Source of the DNA: a virus | Taxonomy: Duplodnaviria > Caudoviricetes | Virus record (IMG/VR): IMGVR_UViG_3300032232_000877 | Coordinates: 1-29,641 of that record | DNA: 29,641 nucleotides | Strand: one strand, 5' to 3' | Part shown: positions 26,119-29,641 of the stretch, piece after piece | Position numbering within the stretch: position 1 is the first letter of the stretch | Layout of the letters: every line of letters starts with the position of its first letter | Program-made: the position numbers and the translations under genes | The notes under the pieces: model-generated | What the model saw: only the letters and a program-made list of their open reading frames with translations | Databases searched by the model: none | Told to the model about the DNA's origin: nothing

Positions 26119-28095
26119 TCAAAGCGTCTTACCTGCTTTTGGCGCACCACTTACAACGCGCACTTGGATTGGTACAGCATATGATGGGCGGGTTTTTCCG
26201 CTAGTGTTGATACCTTTGTTTTGAATTGATTTGTATAATGATTCGTTAGATCCACAATAGTAGTCAATCACATTGTTTGACATGCCACCTGTATCATGAA
26301 CAGTAACACGCCCACTTCCCACTGGTGTTTGATCTTCAGCATAACGTATTTCAAGAACCGTTTTACCAGTCCAATAGTTGGATGCCACACTAACTCCTTC
26401 CACCAGAGTTGCGCCATATGCTCCTTTGCTTTGACTAAAACCTTCATATCCTTTGACTCCAGCATCAGCTTTATTTTGATCCTGTGCGGTGGTTTTATCT
26501 ATCGCTGCAGATCCATACACAGTCATATACATTGGTATCCAATCACCAGTAGCTGCAGAATTGCGTGCATAATAGGCGCGTATCACAGCTGTATTGCGTG
26601 TTATTTCATTTTCAATTGCGGCAGATCTCCCGTTATAGTCAAGTTTTGTTGCAGCATCCCACTCAGGATGTTTAGCTAATTCATCAGCAACCAATTTAAG
26701 ATATGTTGCTTTATATTCAGCGTCTTTGGTATCATCGGTTGTTCGACTAATATTATCATGATATGAATATGCAAGAGTATTTAATACTGCTAGCATACGT
26801 ATGTAATTTTGCAAATCTGTGTCGCCTAATGCTGCTACTCTTTGAGGGTCTTTATCAAGATATTCTTTTAATTGGAATATGAATGAGTCATATGCATCCT
26901 TTGGTTGCGAATCATAAGAAGCGTTTGCTACTGGAGCTACGACACCGCCTACAGCTGGCGGTGGAGTTGCTAATGGTATGTTTGTAGGGTTGGGAACGGT
27001 TGCTCCTCCTGGTAAATAGTTAGTTGTTCGGCAAACATCAAGATTGTTTAAATTATTAAGTATATCTGATAGTCCAGATACATCTGAAAAGTTGTTTACT
27101 ATATCATTAATTTTATTTACCAATGCTATTCCAGTCAATCCTTGTGATGCAAGTAATGCTTCAATAAGAGTTTCTGGTTTAATCTTTTTGGGATTTGCAA
27201 GATCGGCTATTTTTTTGATAGCTTCATATTTTTTTGCAAGATCATCAATTTGTTCTATCAAAGAAGCTGCTGTTGGATTATTGAGTACCAATTCTGTAGC
27301 TTTCTTGATACCCATTTCCATCAAGCGATGTGGCAAATTCTTAGCACAATCTGCTAAACTTTGTACCTGATTAACAAGTTGCAAGTCGTTTACATTAAAA
27401 GTATCAAGTATTGAAACGTCCGATACACCGTACCCAAGCGCATTTGATTTTGATTCAAAAGTTGAAACGCTATCGGAAAAATCTGCGCGCTTAACTGTAA
27501 GAGTGTATGTTGATATACTAATTCCATCTTCAGCTGTGCATGTGACTACCAATATATTTGATCCTATTAAAATATTGATTGGCGAGCTTGCCGCTGCAGA
27601 TGCAACATCGCTTCCTTCTACATCAATCTTTGAGTTGGCAGATGTGCTAGTTGGGGTGATAGCAAATGTAGTAGTTTCGGTTGATACATCAACGCTGTAT
27701 GAATTGTTTTCAGCGGAAAAGGCTGGAGATAATTGTCCAGCTGATAAACCGATTGCTGATAATGAACTGACCGTTGACGCTGCAGCACGTATAACATTAA
27801 CGGTATATGTTTTTGTAGTTGCATCTTCTGCGGTAACAACTATTGTAAAAACATTACTGCCTACATTTATAAAAGTTGCCGCACAGGCCGATCCTGAAGT
27901 TACGCTAACACCATTAACTTTAACCGTAGCTAATCCAGTATCTGCAACGGTTGGTGTTACTGTTCGTGTAGGAGTTTCATACGCTGTGTATGGCATATAA
28001 ACTGTATATGCCGTTGTGGATGCATTAAAAGGAAAAGGAGTTAAAGCTCCAGCGCTTGTGGTTAAAGCCGAAAGATTTGCATTGGATGATGGCAT
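26119..28095 (-). CDS. Multi-domain baseplate-associated protein: two cadherin-like beta-sandwiches, a helical/Pro-rich linker and a C-terminal 3D-domain-like (MltA-type) module (658 aa)
   Basis: Two copies of LS.L....G.L.P.F......Y.V...VTAEDxx...YT..V.R; C-terminal MTVYG...VASN...VHDTGG....IDYY. Confidence 0.7.
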   Translation of the reverse strand: MPSSNANLSALTTSAGALTPFPFNASTTAYTVYMPYTAYETPTRTVTPTVADTGLATVKVNGVSVTSGSACAATFINVGSNVFTIVVTAEDATTKTYTVNVIRAAASTVSSLSAIGLSAGQLSPAFSAENNSYSVDVSTETTTFAITPTSTSANSKIDVEGSDVASAAASSPINILIGSNILVVTCTAEDGISISTYTLTVKRADFSDSVSTFESKSNALGYGVSDVSILDTFNVNDLQLVNQVQSLADCAKNLPHRLMEMGIKKATELVLNNPTAASLIEQIDDLAKKYEAIKKIADLANPKKIKPETLIEALLASQGLTGIALVNKINDIVNNFSDVSGLSDILNNLNNLDVCRTTNYLPGGATVPNPTNIPLATPPPAVGGVVAPVANASYDSQPKDAYDSFIFQLKEYLDKDPQRVAALGDTDLQNYIRMLAVLNTLAYSYHDNISRTTDDTKDAEYKATYLKLVADELAKHPEWDAATKLDYNGRSAAIENEITRNTAVIRAYYARNSAATGDWIPMYMTVYGSAAIDKTTAQDQNKADAGVKGYEGFSQSKGAYGATLVEGVSVASNYWTGKTVLEIRYAEDQTPVGSGRVTVHDTGGMSNNVIDYYCGSNESLYKSIQNKGINTSGKTRPSYAVPIQVRVVSGAPKAGKTL

Positions 28096-28096
28096 A

Positions 28097-28879
28097 TTAG
28101 TTTAGTTTAATTTTACTACCTTTGATTACCGCATCACTGCTGCTTACAACATTAATACCTTTTCCATTAATACTTGTACTACTCTTTGAAGAATATGTTG
28201 CTCCTGCGCTTGATGTTACACTTATTCCTTTTGCATTGATACTTGTTGTACCGCTTGATGCAATTTCAATGATTGGCGCAACAGTTATACTTTTGCCAGT
28301 TGATACTGTTTTATTTTCGCCAAGAACAGTTGTTAAGTTCATACCGTGAACCGTACTTGTATTGGTGCTATACACATCAGTCTTACTTTCTCCACCAACA
28401 TAAAGAGTATATTTGCCGCTTGCATGCAATGAATAGTCATCATGCACCGTTACTTTGGCGCCAGCACCAATGTTCATTGCATATTCATCAGATATTTCCA
28501 TTACATATTGACCACCAACTTTAGTACGGCGTGTTCCTTTTACAGTTTCATTATAGTCTCCATTGATTTCAACATTATAATTTCCATTCACGACAGTATT
28601 GCAATTGCCAAGCACTGTTATATTAACATTTCCTTCAACCGTAATGTTGTCTTCACCATGAACAACTTTATAACCATTGCCATATACAGTAATGGTACGA
28701 TCACCAGTGGGGTTAATCTCTTCACGTGTACCACTCTTATGTTGTCTTAGCAAACGCTCGTGACCAAGAGTATCATCAACTTCAAAAACGTGGCCGCTGC
28801 GTGTTTGAGTAACGTTATTGAATGGATATACAGCACCATCAGTTGGTAAAGATGCACTCCATGTTTCATTGTTTGCCAT
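28097..28879 (-). CDS. gp5: gp5 C-terminal beta-helix needle encoded as a separate gene (~260 aa; start reassigned to ATG 28879)
   Basis: YPFNNVTQTRSGHVFEVDDT.G.ER....HKSGT..EI...G followed by VxGxxxxx octapeptide repeats; ends IKGSKIKLN. Confidence 0.88.
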   Translation of the reverse strand: MANNETWSASLPTDGAVYPFNNVTQTRSGHVFEVDDTLGHERLLRQHKSGTREEINPTGDRTITVYGNGYKVVHGEDNITVEGNVNITVLGNCNTVVNGNYNVEINGDYNETVKGTRRTKVGGQYVMEISDEYAMNIGAGAKVTVHDDYSLHASGKYTLYVGGESKTDVYSTNTSTVHGMNLTTVLGENKTVSTGKSITVAPIIEIASSGTTSINAKGISVTSSAGATYSSKSSTSINGKGINVVSSSDAVIKGSKIKLN

Positions 28880-28884
28880 AATTG

Positions 28885-28892
28885 TATTTATT
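28885..28892 (-). promoter_or_regulatory. Late promoter variant AATAAATA
   Basis: Plus strand tatttatt, 5 nt upstream of ATG 28879, overlapping the upstream stop. Confidence 0.6.
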
Positions 28893-29640
28893 AAGCAATT
28901 ATGGTACAAGTACTACGAACAACAGATAAACTACGCGTCTTTGCATAACAACCATTTCCTTCACGACTGCCGGCAGCATTTGTATTTCCTTCAATGGTAT
29001 TAAATTTACCGTTAGCATCGCTATCACTTGTAGCTATACCAATATGACTAAATGAAAATATAACAAGATCACCAGCATACACCTTAGATGGATTTGTTGT
29101 CAATCTAACAGCATTGCTTTTGCTGCGTGCCCATGCTTCATAGCCACCACCTTTAAATGCGGCAGCGCTTTTTGGGCGATCTGCTTCGCTAAATACACCA
29201 CTCTGTTGCACACACCAACTAACAAATGCTGCGCACCATGGAGCTCGTGCATTGTAGCCATCAGAATAATCTGTAGCTTTCCACATCTCAGCTATCCCAG
29301 GTCCTTGATTTTGACTAACCTCGTATGTGTTGCCTACTTTACTTTGAGCAGCTTGAATAATTTTTGTTTTAGCTGCACTGTTTACTACAATAGGAGTTTG
29401 TGGATTTTCTAGTGTTGAGCATGGGCTACCAGTGCCTACTGCACATCCTCCAAAATTTTGCGCACCGCTAGCTTGAGCTGCATAGCCAGCACTGGTTCCA
29501 GAATATATTCCTGCACCACTTGGAGTATCACTGCCAGCTCTATATGGAAATACTCCATGCGGGTCTCCAAACCCTTGGCCTACTACACCCAATCCATTAT
29601 CATAACCAACAGCACTTGGTATACTGCCAGTTACAACTGG
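28891..29640 (-). CDS. gp5: gp5 N-terminal part (end of OB-fold) fused to a CHAP-type peptidoglycan amidase; 5'-truncated by window edge
   Basis: Frame is open to the edge: PVVTGSIP...GFGDPHGVFP (gp5 OB-fold exit motif), then PWCAAFVSWC (Cys), SHIGI (His), TIEGNT. Confidence 0.85.
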   Translation of the reverse strand, partial: PVVTGSIPSAVGYDNGLGVVGQGFGDPHGVFPYRAGSDTPSGAGIYSGTSAGYAAQASGAQNFGGCAVGTGSPCSTLENPQTPIVVNSAAKTKIIQAAQSKVGNTYEVSQNQGPGIAEMWKATDYSDGYNARAPWCAAFVSWCVQQSGVFSEADRPKSAAAFKGGGYEAWARSKSNAVRLTTNPSKVYAGDLVIFSFSHIGIATSDSDANGKFNTIEGNTNAAGSREGNGCYAKTRSLSVVRSTCTIIA

Positions 29641-29641
29641 A

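Noticed and set aside
28880-28909. Track start at 28909 for gp5C, or a programmed frameshift fusing the gp5 halves
   Set aside because: ATG 28879 fits the promoter spacing better, and no slippery heptamer is seen near the junction

Overview
The window is a contiguous, entirely minus-strand segment of a T4-like myophage genome. Its gene order resembles aquatic T4-like (cyanophage/pelagiphage-type) phages. Read right to left, it encodes: a genetically split gp5 (OB-fold end + CHAP amidase, then a separate beta-helix needle), a cadherin-like/3D-domain protein, gp25, gp6, gp7, gp8, a VrlC/DUF4815-like protein, an S74-chaperoned tail fibre and a putative adhesin. Next comes a ~6 kb AT-rich enzyme cassette: a fibre-chaperone-like ORF, a PLP enzyme, three GT29 sialyltransferase-like ORFs, a GT-B-like ORF, a radical SAM/SPASM enzyme and a GT-A (GT8/CDI-like) glycosyltransferase. 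A second fibre module follows, with a mosaic high-GC fibre, a BspA/DUF285-like LRR protein carrying ~18 shuffled 72-bp repeats, and a truncated virion protein at the left edge. T4-type late promoters (NATAAATA) sit just upstream of several gene starts. The best candidate for an undescribed system is the tail-fibre-linked glycosylation/modification cassette. All family assignments are motif recognition by eye; no database searches were run.
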